Shown here piece by piece: positions 51,118 to 64,000 of a DNA stretch of 64,000 bases (position 1 is the stretch's first letter; each line of letters opens with the position of its first letter). The position numbers and the translations under genes are program-made. The stretch is from Octopus vulgaris (Eukaryota), in assembly GCA_951406725.2 (NCBI GenBank), contig OX597814.1, forward strand, positions 186,186,001 through 186,250,000, in the 5' to 3' direction. Under the pieces are notes generated by a model. That model saw nothing but the letters and a program-made list of their open reading frames with translations. It was not told the origin of the DNA and did not search any database.

Positions 51118-51277
51118 TCTTTTATTTGTTTCAGTTATTTTGACTGCGGCCATGCTGGGGCACCATGTTGAAGGATTTTTTAGCTGAACAAATCGAACAC
51201 CAGGACTTATTTTTTAAAGACTACTACTTACTCTATCATTCTGTTTTGCTGAACTGCTAAGTTATGGTGACATAAAG

Positions 51278-51314
<37 letters not shown>

Positions 51315-51482
51315 CATACAAGGGGCTTCTTTCAGTTTCTATCTACAAAATCTACTGACAAGGCATTGGTTGGCCCAAGGCTATAGTAGAAGACACTTGC
51401 CCAAGGTGCCATGCAGTGGAACTGAACCTGGAACCATGTATTTGGGAAGCAAGCTTCTTACCACACAGCCACTCTTGCACCT
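51118..51482 (-). mobile_element. SINE family A
   Basis: Family motifs on the minus strand. Confidence 0.85.
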
Positions 51483-51641
51483 TGTAACAAATGGAAAATT
51501 GTGATGTTATGCTTATTCCAAATGCTGACTGGAGTATTCTGCCGGTTATGATGGCAAGTGTTCTAATTGATTGAATCAACTCAACATCCTGCTCATGAAA
51601 TTTACATGTAAGTGGCTGAGCTTTCTACAGACACTCATGCC

Positions 51642-51857
51642 TATTTCTTTACTACCCACAAGGGGCTAAACACAGAGGGGACAAACAAGGACAGACAAAT
51701 GGATTAGGTCAATTATATCGACCCCAGTGCGTAACCGGTACTTAATTTATTGACGCCGAAAGGATGAAAGGCAAAGTCGACCTCGGCGGAATTTGAATTC
51801 AGAACGCAACGGCAGACGAAATACGGCTACGCATTTCGCCCGGCGTGCTAACGTTTC
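51642..51857 (-). mobile_element. SINE family B, young copy, nested in a family D SINE
   Basis: CpGs retained (AAGTCGACCTCGGCGGAATTTG). Confidence 0.88.
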
Positions 51858-52799
51858 TCTCTTAATGTAATTCTCAGGGAGATTCAGTATGACACAATGT
51901 GACAAGGCTAATTCATTGAACTACAGGTACAACTCATTTTTTGCCAGCTGATTAGACTGGAGCAACATGAAATAAAGTGTCTTGCTCAAGAAGACAATAC
52001 ACCACCAGGAATTAAATCCATAACCTTACAATCATTTGCCAAATACATTAACCACTAAGCCACACACCTTTGTTGAGACTCATGTGGTTAAGAAGTTGAC
52101 GCCACAGTCCTTTAGTTCTAGATTCAATCTTACTTCAAGGCACAAATATCTCCTACCTTAGCCTCTTAACAGTGGCATGTGGTGGTTCTGTTGTATTGGG
52201 TGTGCTTCCAGACTCAATGCCACCAAATTTCAAACAGTGGTATAGCAAAAATTTTCCATCAAGATTTGTGATTAAATTAAGGAGTATTTGCCATTAAATT
52301 AAGGAGTATTTGCCATTTTTGATGGGTGTGCAGTGCACACCTGGAATATACACCCCTGCCTCTTAATCTCCTCAGATCAACCTAATCCTTGTCAGGGAAT
52401 TTGGGTAGAGGAAAACTGTGAAGATGTTCATCAGATGGACTTGACTTATTCATGGGTAGAAGACCTAATCTACCACATAGGACTTTTGTGTCTTATGTGG
52501 AGTTCATTCTGTTACACTCAATGGTGGACCATGCCTCTGGTCTGAGCGATACCCTATGAGTTTTGATTTGTTTTGTTTTTTATCCCTTTCCTCCGCTAAA
52601 AATAACCAGCCAGTGCCCTCAAACAATGTAACACATCAACCAAGCTTTAGATTCTCTATCATTTTCTTTTACTGTGTCTGTGTAAGTGCCTGTAATTTGA
52701 ATGTAATATTTGGTGTACTGTTTAGAGTGAGAAAGAAGTAGAATGGAAAGAGAGAAACTGAGAGAAATGCAACAGGTAGGATTGTATGGAGACACTTTA

Positions 52800-53480
52800 C
52801 AGAACCATAACACCTCTTAAATCTGATCAGTGTTTGTTTCATTAATATTTCAAAGTATTTCAGTATCCATTTAGAATCACTATTGAATTTCAGGTTTGCT
52901 GCAGTCACTCCATCTATCTTAGAAGAAAGTAAACTATTTATAATTTCTTGACTTTTCCTCTCTCACATCTGTATTTATGCCTCGATTACCTCTAAAACTG
53001 GAAATGTGTAATTCTTTGTTCATTGGCATCAGTTGGTCAAACATCAATAAATTTCTGTGTTCATAATGTGCTGCAAGCTGTCTTATATTCAATATATTAA
53101 GTTGTAAGAGTGTCAAGTGTTGCCATACAAAACTTGACTCGTAGAATATTGATCACAGGACGGCATTTAAAATTTTATTGCCAATGCATAAATGTCTTCA
53201 TGGTTGTATCCATATTTCTATTTCTAATCTCCTTCATATTAAAGACTTATCAACTTATGCTTGACAAAATTTCATTTTTCAAACCAGCAGATACAGTAAC
53301 AATGCAGCTTTTCTTCTCTTATACCCTAAAGGTAAATGCCCTTTCACTGAATATATTGCTACCTTTATTGACCGTCTTTCCTCCCACTTTTTGTTTTAAT
53401 CAAGAGAAAGGAACTGTGGTCATGGATTTTGCAAGCCCTTCAAGACTGGTGAGATCAAGACAATTAACTACCTCTTCAAC
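52800..53480 (-). pseudogene. Possible decayed RTE-clade RT C-terminal region
   Basis: AVL*SIFYESS (cf. AVV.SILLYGSETW), LAAHYEHRNL, ELHISSFRGNRGINTDVRE (cf. RILHISW.DRVTNEEVR). Confidence 0.4.
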
Positions 53481-53487
53481 TGTTTAA

Positions 53488-54182
53488 CCCTTTAGCATTC
53501 AGATTATTTTGTCAAATGCAAGGGCTTATTTATTTACATTGTTTTGAATCAACCATGCATTGTCCCATAGCTTCAAGATTTCAATAATGTGATTGCTTAT
53601 TCTTCAGAATCAGGCAAAGGAGTAGCTGTGTGGTAAGTAGCTTGCTAACCAACCACATGGTTCCGGGTTCAGTCCCACTGCGTGGCATCTTGGGCAAGTG
53701 TCTTCTGCTATAGCCCCGGGCCAACCAATGCCTTGTGAGTGGATTTGGTAGACAGAAACTGAAAGAAGCCTGTCGTATATATGTATGTATATATATATAT
53801 ATATATATATATAAGTGTGTGTGTCTGTGTTTGTCCCCCTAGCATTGCTTGACAACCGATGCTGGTGTGTTTACGTCCCCGTCACTTAGCGGTTCGGCAA
53901 AAAGAGACCGATAGAATAAGAATAAGTCCCGGGGTCGATTTGCTCGACTAAAGGTGGTGCTCCAGCATGGCCGCAGTCAAATGGCTGAAACAAATAAAAG
54001 AAAAGAAAAGATTGTTTTGAATCAACCATGCATTATCTCATAGGTTCAAGATTTCAATAATGTGTTTGCTTATTCTTCAGAATCACATTGTGGGATAGGT
54101 ATGAAAGGTTGGATCTGGCCAATTTGGGCATAAAACAAGTAAAATATTTGGGCCGGATATGGCCAGTTTGAATACTAAAGGG
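53488..54182. mobile_element. piggyBac-like MITE interrupted by a SINE
   Basis: TTAA at 53484-53487 and 54183-54186; TIRs CCCTTTAGCATTCA / TGAATACTAAAGGG match 13/14. Confidence 0.88.
53613..54010 (+). mobile_element. SINE family A, full length, flanked by 75-bp direct repeats
   Basis: Complete head to tail; direct repeats at 53538-53612 and 54011-54085. Confidence 0.92.
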
Positions 54183-55220
54183 TTAAAGTTGATGAATGCC
54201 AGAAAAACATGTGTGGAGAAGGAATTTCCATAATGTTCTGGAAAAAAGAATGAATAATGGTTAGTGCCAGAGGTGGACATAGAGAGGATGAGAGATGTCA
54301 CATCAAGCATCTCTCATTCTATGACTTTCATCTTTTGTCTCAAGAATCAATTTTGTCATTACTTTTTCATACATACTGAACTTGTGTCTCATCCTTCTCC
54401 TCCTCCTCCTACTACTACTACCACTACTAATACTGCTACTACAACTACCAACCAACCAACATTTCCATTCTGAAATCATTGTTGGTTTAGTAGTATTTAT
54501 ATTTTTAATTTAGCTTCCAAATGAGGCTACCCCACTAGCTAAGTGGAGAGGTGAACATGCTTCTTGGGCAGAGCAACAGTCAATCGCAGGGTTACTTATT
54601 TACAGCTGAGTGAACTGGAACAATGTGAAATGAAGTGCTTGGCTAAAAAAATACAATGCACAGCTGGTCTGGGAATAGAAAACATGTTCTCATGATTGTG
54701 AGTGCAACACCCTAACAACTAGGCCATACACCTTCAAAATGTGAAGTGCATTGTGACCAGCAGTGTATAACATCCAATAGTTAGTATTCATTAATTTGCT
54801 TTAAGTTTCCTTGGTGAGATTTTAAGACAATTAAGAGTAAGTGTCGCAGATCTGATCACGGAAAATATTGGATTGTAATGTATGTGGAAGTTGACTGACT
54901 TCTCTTAGAAAGCCCTTTACTCTGTTATTCTGTTACTTATTTCAAGCATTGGACTGCAACCATGCCAAAGCAGTACCTTGTAGGCTTAGTCAAACAAAAC
55001 TACCTTAGTACTTATTTTAATTCTGGTACTTGTTCTATTGACCTTGTTTGCCAAACTGCTAGGTAACAGGGATGTAAACAAACCAACAACAGTTATCAAA
55101 CAGTGGAGAACAAATACGATTTGCTCGACTAAAAGGCGGTGCTCCAGCATGGCCACAGTTAAATGACTGAAACAAGTAAATGAGTAAAAGAGCATGCTCA
55201 TGATTGAACTGCAGCTGTCA

Positions 55221-55565
55221 TCCCTTTGAAGTACCTGTGCCACTCAAAACATTGTGCATGACCCAATGCCTCATCGCCATAAGCTTGCCAAAGCTTGCTC
55301 AAAGCCTCTGAAGCAGACTTCCCCAAGTTTAACACAAAATTTCACGTTGGCCCTTTGATCCAACTTCCTGTCCATGACAAAGATCACAGACTACAACATA
55401 CATGGGATCACAAAAGCACAAATTTCACAACTTGTGAAGTAAACACAGTGATGTCACACAGCCTGATGAAGGTCACTGTTAGCTCTCACTGTACATGCAA
55501 CTATGTGCTGCCACCTGTTGGTGTGCTACAGAACTAGTCCAGGAACTTCTTTTGATATCACCTCG
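55221..55565 (-). mobile_element. Mariner 5' end: TIR and transposase N-terminus
   Basis: TA|CGAGGTGATATCAAAAG terminus; ATG at 55375 gives MDRKLDQRANVKFCVKLG(fs)KSASEALSKLWQAYGDEALGHAQCFEWHRYFKG, a mariner HTH. Confidence 0.85.
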
Positions 55566-57035
55566 TACTTATTTTATTGACCTTGAAAGAATGAAAAGGA
55601 AAGTCGATCCCAGCAAAGCATTTAGTCAGGCATGCTAATGATTCAGTCAGCTCGCCGTCCTAGCCAGTTGTAATATTGATTATAGGTATCTGTGCTGATG
55701 TATGTGGCTCCATATTTTTTCTGCATTTTTCTTAATAATTAATATCAGCTGTTAATAATCACAGCATCACTAAGCCCAAATTATTTTTTAATTTTCATTT
55801 CAATCAAATGGAAAAAAAAAATTCTTTATCAAGCAAAAAAAAAAAATTAGTTTCCATTTAGCACTAAGCTCAAATTAGTTTTCAGTTTTCATCTGCAGGA
55901 GAATTCAGATGGACATATAAAGGATCATCGATTAGCTTATTGGTATTTAGCTTGGACAACAGCATTTCATGTGGCTTTATAATACATAAGCTGTAGCTAA
56001 ACTCATGCGCATAAACAAAATTGTGCATATAAATATACAGTTTAATGAACACAACAATAGAATCCAGTTTTCTTGAGGTGGAAGGCTGAATCTAAACAGC
56101 TACAAGATAATCCCTTGCATAATGCTGTCTCTATAATTCAACTTTGCTTGGTTCTGTTGCTTTAGATTTAACCCTTTGATGTCAAATTACTTTGGTTGGA
56201 ATAAGCAACATTTCATTTGATGTTTTTTCTACAAATTATTTTTATCTCGAAGTCTTCTGGTTACATACGCATGACTCCATGCGCTTAATGTCGTCAAGAG
56301 CTTAAACTGTTACTTCTCCATTGGTCTATTGAATTTTCATCCTTTAAGTCAAGATTGGCGATTTTCTCTCATGGAATAAAATCATTTCTGACACTTTTCA
56401 TTGTTGTACCTGTTTTTACCACTAAAGATTAACTGTAAAACTCCTTTGATTTCAATGCAAAGAAAGCCGTTTAAATCCTATTAGCAGGCGAGATTGAATT
56501 TTCTCATTTTCCAAGCTTCTGTGTATAAAGCATAGAATAAATACCGTTCTTTTTATGTTAATGACACAAGTCTTTCATACCTAACAAACAGATAATACAG
56601 CACTCCACTTAGATCTACAAAATTTGAAGATATAGGCAGACTTAAATGGAGTATTTAACTACATAACAGAGCTTATTCATCTTGAAATACAGATTTACTG
56701 TGCCTAAATAATAATTCAATTTCCCAAATGAATGTCTATCCCAGTTTTGATCACTGACCTAATATGTAAGGCAGCCAACTCCAAAGTCAAGTTGCCACAC
56801 CAAAGCAGCTTGTGAGAAATCTTTCAAAAGTGGATTTCCAAATGAAAACTGTTCAATTTCAAACTAGAAAGCTAAGGGTCCACCAATTTTAAATGAAAAT
56901 GGCCACTCTCCACTTAATTACCAGTGGGGCTACATACTGCCATTGAAATTTGTGCTTCCATAACCTTTGGAAAAATTCAATTTAATTTCTGTTGTCTATA
57001 TCATGAATCTATAAATTTTGAATGTAGCATTATAT

Positions 57036-57412
57036 TCTTTTATTCTTTTACTTGTTTCAGTCATTTGACTGAGGCCATGCTGGAACAATGCCTTGAAGGG
57101 TTTTAGTCGAAGAAATCAACCCCAGAACTTCTTTGTAAGCCTAGTACTTATTCTATCAGTCCCTTTTGCTGAAATGCTGAGTCACAGGGATGTAAACACA
57201 CCAGCATTGGTTGTCAAGTGATGGTGGGGTGGGACACACACACACATACACAATGGGCTTCTTTCAGTTTCCATCTACCAAATCTACTCACAAGGCTTTG
57301 GACAACCCAAAGCTATAGTAGAAGACATTTGCACAAGATGCCACACACTGAGACTGATCCCGGAATCATGTGGTTGGCAAGCAAGCTTCTTACCACACAA
57401 CCACATCTGCAC
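57036..57412 (-). mobile_element. SINE family A (further decayed copies at 57600-57895 and 58365-58480)
   Basis: Family motifs on the minus strand. Confidence 0.85.
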
Positions 57413-58489
57413 CTCTCTACTTATTTTATAATTCAAAACTATGTTTCCTCATCACTGAAAGCTTTATTATTCTCTCATTGTTTTTCACCACACAATATTT
57501 ATATTTCAGATTTAAGCTGAAATTGTTGGAACCCAACTGCTTATCTTCTGACCATTTGAAATATACATACTCATGTAGTTTGTCTTTTAGTTTTTTCATG
57601 CAGGGGCACCACTCTGAAGAGTTTAGTCAAACAAATCAGCCCTAGTATATATGGTCTCTTTTGCCAAACCACTATGCTATAGGTATGTAAACAAACAATG
57701 ATTGACCAGTGGTCATGGGAGACAAACACACACACATACATTAGGCTTCTTTCAGTTTCCATCTACCAAAGCCACTCACAAGGCTTTGGTCAGTACAGAG
57801 CTATAGTAGAAAACATTTCCCCAAAGTGCTGTGCAGTGAGACTGAACTCACGAGCACATGGTTTGTAAGCAAGCTTCTTACTACAAAACCATGCTTATGC
57901 AATTTCCATTTTTTTTTTCTTTTAGTCAAAGTAAATATCTGAAAAGGATCACATGCTGAATGAAATTCAGAATCAAAAAAGTTTTCTTTGACAAAAATAG
58001 TTAATTGTACCAAAGGCTACAACATTTTTTGGTAGTAGACTTAACAAGTTGTCCAGTTTAACATAACCGCCTGACCCCACCAGGGAGTATTTAGCAGAGG
58101 CTAGTCTGTTGTAATCATTCAGACCAGGTCTCCAGACAAATATTACCTATGACCTTTGTGGGTTGCTCTGACTGGTGAGGTTGGCACAGTTGACTTGCAG
58201 CTTGAAAATCTGGAGGTCATAAGTCTCAGAAGCACTACAAAAGATCATATGACCAGTCATTCCTCCTCTGAATCATCCATAAACAATCATTGTAAACTTT
58301 GATACCATTGTGGGGACTTGTATTTGTATACAATGGTGTAATTTTTTTAATTTTTTTTTAGAGTTGGCCAACTTAGGACTATAGTGGAAGATTCTTGCCC
58401 AAGGTGCCATGCAGTGGAATTGAAATCAAGATCATATGGTTGAGAAGCAAGCTTTTAAGCACACAGCTACACCTGCACCTGACATTAAA

Positions 58490-58549
58490 TAATTCACCAG
58501 GAGTCAAACCTGGAATCTCCTGATCTGTAGTCCAACCATTTATCCATTA
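58490..58549 (-). pseudogene. tRNA-Arg(ACG)-derived pseudogene, 5' truncated
   Basis: TAATGGATAAATGGTTGGACTACAGATCAGGAGATTCCAGGTTTGACTCCTGG aligns by eye to metazoan tRNA-Arg-ACG (AATGGATAA..GACTACGGATCAGAAGATTCCAGGTTCGACTCCTGG) with CpG decay. Confidence 0.6.
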
Positions 58550-58850
58550 ATGAATAATTTGAAAAAACGGAATGAAAGTTATGATTTTTTTATTTTTTTA
58601 TTTATATATCTCCAAATAATCTATTTAGCATTTAGCTTCATACAGAAACTTTAGACTTTCATTTATTCTGCTTTTCAAAATTGGATAAAATTAATAATTT
58701 TTTAGAAGCAGCCAGTGGCAGCTTGTCATAGACTAATTCAGCCAAAGCTTTGACAATATCTGGAAATAGATTATGGAAGAAATATATTACACAAAACCAT
58801 TCAATAAAAGTTGGTTAGTTGAGCACTAACACCGTGAATCAACAGTTACA

Positions 58851-59208
58851 CAGACGTACCTCAACTTACAACATATCAAGTTATGTCTTTTTCAACTTTA
58901 AGTTGCTTTTTTTTATTTTTTAAGAAAGTAATGGGAAAAATTACCTCAACTTCAGTTGATTTATCCAACTTTACGTCAGTCTGAGTGAATATATTTAAAT
59001 GCAGAAAACATTTTTCTTAAAAAACACCTAAAAACCAATATTGAAGTGGAAAATCAATTGGAGTACATATGAAAATATATACAAACCGTTTATTAGAACA
59101 AATATAAACTAATAAATTTCTTTTTAATGTTTTTTCCATGTTATGTCATTTTTCAAGTTATGTCACTTATTTTGGAACCCAATTCCAATAAAAGTTGGGG
59201 TATGCTTG
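58851..59208. mobile_element. Tigger/pogo-like MITE
   Basis: Imperfect TIRs CAGACGTACCTCAACTT / AAGTTGGGGTATGCTTG followed by TA. Confidence 0.6.
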
Positions 59209-59538
59209 TATTAGAATTCTTGAAACGAAAAATATCTCATTTTTTTTATTGTCCATTTAAATAACAAAATGTTCATATAAGGAGAAATTTTAAACAATCT
59301 AGATAAGCAACACAGTATGGGAAAGAGTTAAGTTTTATTCAATTAATTATTTAGTTTGATTCTTGGTTGTAGCCTCCTTTTTTACACTTTTACCTCAGAT
59401 TTTCCCAAGAAAAGCATGAATTTCAAAAAGCCTCATTCCCCTACCATTGTAAAAGGAAGGCCGTGAAATCAATGTAAAATTATATAATCAGGCTGAGAGG
59501 GAACAAGGAGAAGAGTATGTTATATAAGTGTGTGTTGA

Positions 59539-59732
59539 ATGCGTAGCCGTATTTCATCTGCCATTACATTCTGAGTTCAAATTCCGCTGAGGTCGACTTT
59601 ACCTTTCGTCCTTTCGAGGTCGATAAATAGAGTACCAGTTTCGCACTGGGGGTCGATGTAATCGACTTAATCCCTTTGTCTGTCCTTGTTTGTCCCCCTC
59701 TATGTTTAGCCCCTTGTGGGCAATAAAGAAAT
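59539..59732 (+). mobile_element. SINE family B, 5' truncated
   Basis: Core and tail ...GGGCAATAAAGAAATA. Confidence 0.85.
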
Positions 59733-60397
59733 ATATATGTGTGTGTGTTGTTTAACTCTATGAATCTAACAGCTAATCAGATTTGTAGCTGGATTTTGAA
59801 CATTTTCTTGGTATTTAGCAATATGTATGCATGCATACATATATACATACATATATATTGCCTGAAGATCTGAAAGGTGAAACATAAGTAACGATTGTGG
59901 ATTTTCAGTTTCAATTAACCAATATTACATGTGGGCATGTGAAAGAGAGAGAGACAGGCAGATATCATTGCACAAATATGGAGTTCAATCTTTACTGATA
60001 TTGGCAAAATAAATGTCACATTTTATGCCTTGTCTGAGAAATGTTGTCTTTTCTAAGTAGCGACACATTCACTTGCATATAACAAGGCAGCCTTGACATT
60101 AACAGCTTCTTAAGCATAAAACTTCAGAGATAAATGGAATATTGTAACATTTACACTCTTGTCAGTAATGTTTATGCAAATGCAAATCTGAGCCACATTA
60201 AGGTTTCTGATCATTGAAAACTTAATGCGTCCCTATGTTCCAAGACCTTGGCTTTAAAAGACAAAGAAAATACTATTGAAATGTTCATATACACGGTGTT
60301 TGGGCTAAGTTTGGCAATTTTTATGTCTTCTTTTTTGGGGAACAGCTTGATGCATTGGTAAACAGTCAACAGTATTGGAGAGCATAAAGATTAAAAA

Positions 60398-60615
60398 TCA
60401 TCATCATCATCGTTTAACGTCCGTTCTCCATGCTAGCATAGGTTGGACGGTTCGACCGGGGATCTGGTAAGCCATGGAGGCTACACCAGGCTCCTGTCTG
60501 ATCTGGCAGTGTTTCTACAGCTGGATGCCCTTCCTAACGCCAACCACTCCATGAGTGTAGTGGATGCTTTTTACGTGCCACCGACACAGGTGCCAGGCAA
60601 GCCTGGCAATGGCAA
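60398..60615 (-). mobile_element. Family C (RTE-tail-type) repeat
   Basis: (CAT)n-CGTTTAACGTCCG...GGATGCCCTTCCTAACGCCAACC. Confidence 0.8.
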
Positions 60616-62739
60616 AAAAAAGATAGCTGACATGGAGGACTGGAAGCCATCTGATTTGTGCCAAGGGTCAAAATGCCAACATCATGACTGCTGCTTAGTC
60701 CTCTCTGAACATCATAAAAGCTGTAAGATGTAACAGCTGTACTATCTTCGTGGTGACAGAACTTCCTGATCATCTATCCTAGACCATATACCTCTAAACT
60801 GCATACCAAACAGTTTTTATAATGGACCAGAAGCCAAATTCTAGAATGTTTGAGTAAACCCTGTCCAAGCCATCACCTTATGCTGACTGGTTGGTTAATA
60901 ATCTGATCATGTAGAACTAAGGTGGTGTGCTCATGATGTCTGATCGCGTATCCAGGGATTCAGTTACAAATCACCACTGCAAAAATATATGTGGTATACA
61001 ATGTATGTGAACATGTGAATGATGCAGTCCTCCAGAGACAAAACCTCCAACTAAGGCCACTCAAGGAACCCTACAGATCCAGGATTATTCTGACTACCAG
61101 AAGCATGAGCCCTCACCCAACTGCTGGTCTTCACTGTACAGGTGTATGCTCAGAGCAGATCTATTCACCCTAATTATTTCGCATGCTCAGAACAGATCTA
61201 TTCACCCTAATTATTTCTTCTACAATCATCAAACAAATTCTCTGATAAAGATAAAAAATTTTTTTACAAAGGCACGAGACTAGAAATTTGATGAGTGTGT
61301 TTAAACAATTAAATCAATCCCAGCACTTGAGCAGCATTTTATTTTCATCAACTCTGGAACAAAGAAAGGAAAAGTTAACTTCACTGGGATTTGAACTCAG
61401 AATATAAAGAGTTGCCTCTTGGAAAAGGTTGTCCTTGACTGATTCTAGCATGTAACTTCTGGAAGGATAGAGGGTTGCATCAACACTGAGCTGGAATTTA
61501 TTTCAGTTAAATAAACTGTAGCAAACATGAAATGCCTTGCTCAAAGACATGACACACACCCTGGTCCATGAATCAAACTTAAGATGTGACCCCCAGTACT
61601 TTAACCACTGTGCCACACACCTTCACATTTAATGAAGAGGGCATTAAAAAGCTATGGAAAAGTTATCTGTTGAGATTAGTTATTGAATAGCATTAGCCTC
61701 CTGTAATCGCCAGAAAATTTCCAAATAATGTTAGTCGTAAATTATTATTATTTTTTTTTTTTTTTTTTTTTTTCATTTTTCACCTCATCATGCTTCCTGT
61801 ATTATATCTGCTATCACTACACTAAAGTCTGCATAAATCTTTTACATTGTACCTGCCTCAGTGATAAATATGTATAAATTTGTAAAAGCAATGTATTAAT
61901 AATAAACAAATAAAAATGAATGACTAAATAAATAAAAATAAAAAGAGCTGAATAAATAAATAAAATAAAAAAAGAGATGAAAGACAAATGATAGGAAAGA
62001 AAATATTTCACTCTCCAAACATGAAATGCAGCTAAATTCATGTGATATTTTTTATCACTTGAATAAAATCATTGAAAGGTTCTTTCCGTTTTAGTATTTC
62101 TTTTGTTTCTTGTTTGTTCTGTTGGTCTCTCAAATACTAGAAAATAATTTATATTTCCCTTTTATTACAATGTATGATAACAACAACAACAACAAAGAAT
62201 TAAGGTGAAATGTAAATAGATGTTTGTAGTGTAGATTTTTGTATTGTAGTTTCATTCACAAATCAGAAAAGTTGCACTGGTACATTTTATTTGTGAAGTT
62301 AAGATTTAGTTCTGTTTGATCTGGTTAATCCACTGACCTGGCAGTCACAAGTCATTAAGACGTAGAATGGCTTGCTTTTATGTTCAATAGTTGCCATGGA
62401 GATATCAGTATTTAGTTGTACATTTTAAAATTTAGTTTCTTCTTGTTGTTATTACTTGTTGTTATGGTTTAATTTTATTTTATTTTATTTTATTTTTAAT
62501 TAATACGTAAAAGTAATCTAAATTAAGATCTAAAATTTTGAGTGTCTTTGTACGTGTTGTACAAACAGACTGGGAATCAAAGGCATTTCAATCATGGCCA
62601 GACCATCTTTTCAAGAACATTTAGTACTACATTAATGTGTTCCTTCCTTATTTAAAAAGCATATGACTTGGAGGAGATATGGTTGCTACTTCTAGCATGC
62701 CTAGCAACCATGTAGACAACTTGTATAATGTGATACACA

Positions 62740-62967
62740 TATGTGTGTGTATAGATATACATATATATAATACACATACATACATGTACATAAACACAAA
62801 TACACACATATATACATGTAAATATATACCTGTACATATATATACACACATGTAAATATATACATGTACATATATATAATATACACACATACATACATGT
62901 ACATACATATAATATACACACATACATACATGTACATACAAACACACACATACACACACACATATGT

Positions 62968-63011
<44 letters not shown>

Positions 63012-63035
63012 GTAGATATATACAAGTACATAAAT
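62740..63035. repeat. Compound (TA)/(CA)/(TACA) microsatellite; similar blocks at 36055-36380, 39183-39580, 40350-40755 and 63415-63633
   Basis: Direct reading. Confidence 0.95.
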
Positions 63036-63451
63036 ACAAATTAAAAGGAATGACCACCAAAGTGGATTCCTAATATGCTAAAGACAGACGTCAAATTTCC
63101 TTACCACGAAGATTATGTTCTCAAGAAAATTTCAGCAAATGCCAGAATGTAAAAATGAATAAGACAAATGAAAATATACAAAATAAAAATGATTACCTAT
63201 GTACCATGGTTCCGTTTGTTAATATTTACGAATGTAAATATCTGAAAACTCATCAGCGTAGTCTGTTGCTTACAAAACACAATTTCCAGAACTAGACACA
63301 GAACACTGACCCAAAAGAGAGTATGTATAAAGTTCTGCATATTATATTTGGGGGTATCTTTCAAATGTCTTCATTTTGGTGCACTGAGGCCAGAAATATC
63401 TCTGTAATTAATGAATATACATATATATATATAGACATGTAAATATGTACA

Positions 63452-63517
<66 letters not shown>

Positions 63518-63590
63518 TGTAAATATATATATATATATATATATAGACATGTAAATATATGCATGTGCATATATATATATATATGCATGC

Positions 63591-63633
<43 letters not shown>

Positions 63634-63636
<3 letters not shown>

Positions 63637-64000
63637 TGGTTGTCTACACCTTATGCAGAGTTTGACCACCTCCTGTACCTACAGCTTAGCACTATCATGG
63701 CATCTGATATGGCTTTTCAAATCAGACAATGTTCTGAAAAGACACCCACATAGATTGCACCTCCGATTTAGACCACCAAGAGCTGCAGATAAGTTCTGCT
63801 CTTTGTGGATCTTAAAATGTCTTTTGAGGCCTCCATTGGATTTGCAAACCTTCTGGTATACACTGCATACACTGGTGTGCACACACATATAGGCAAAATA
63901 GTTGGTAGAGGTTTGTTTTCCATGCATTCACAGATGAAATTTCAGGCCAGCAAAAGACAGGCATTGTCTGTCACAGACTGTGCACACAAAAGGTCATTGT
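63634..64000 (-). mobile_element. Probable LINE (RTE-like) 3' end encoding three decayed C2H2-type zinc fingers
   Basis: FVCTVCDRQCLSFAGLKFHL*MH; [22 protein letters not shown]; [21 protein letters not shown]; short 3' UTR hairpin GGTGGT...ACCACC running into (AT)n. Confidence 0.65.

Noticed and set aside
55463-55490. CTGATGAAGG as a hammerhead
   Set aside because: No downstream GAAA core; it lies in a mariner 5' region.
55885-55950. TTTTCATCTGCAG acceptor as the next exon
   Set aside because: No strong donor, and joining to the 43127-43176 exon creates an immediate TGA.
56150-56520. Possible further mariner N-terminal remnant on the minus strand, and a possible RTE remnant at 60640-61100
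   Set aside because: Only a few motif-like residues are recognisable; not supportable by eye.
61146-61217. 35-bp tandem duplication (also 22 bp at 52271-52314 and a TA-flanked duplication at ~40500-40785)
   Set aside because: Ordinary local slippage duplications with no further structure.

Overview
This is eukaryotic, AT-rich, microsatellite-dense and repeat-dominated DNA. The SINE families and (TA)/(CA)/(TAA) load resemble an octopus (coleoid cephalopod) genome; that is inferred from repeat content, not from a search. Bases 1-6273 are a very homogeneous, CpG-rich tandem array of ~23 units of ~270 bp. The rest is intron/intergenic-like: dozens of tRNA-derived SINEs of several families, decayed LINE pieces (R4/Dong, RTE, Tx1/L1, CR1-like), mariner and pogo/Tigger remnants, piggyBac-like and other MITEs, and Penelope-type remnants. 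No intact host gene is visible; there is one candidate 50-nt coding exon (43127-43176). Most ORF-track entries are microsatellite or SINE artefacts. The most notable structure is at 7491-8012: a tRNA-headed (Pol III) short element carrying a minimal hammerhead ribozyme motif, inserted as a head-to-head foldback with a 14-bp direct repeat. It is a candidate SINE mobilised by Penelope-like machinery. A second hammerhead (20541-20601), a perfect 143-bp-arm palindrome (20726-21032) and a SINE with a 75-bp target-site duplication (53538-54085) also deserve follow-up. Coordinates were read by eye, and family names rest on motif recognition.
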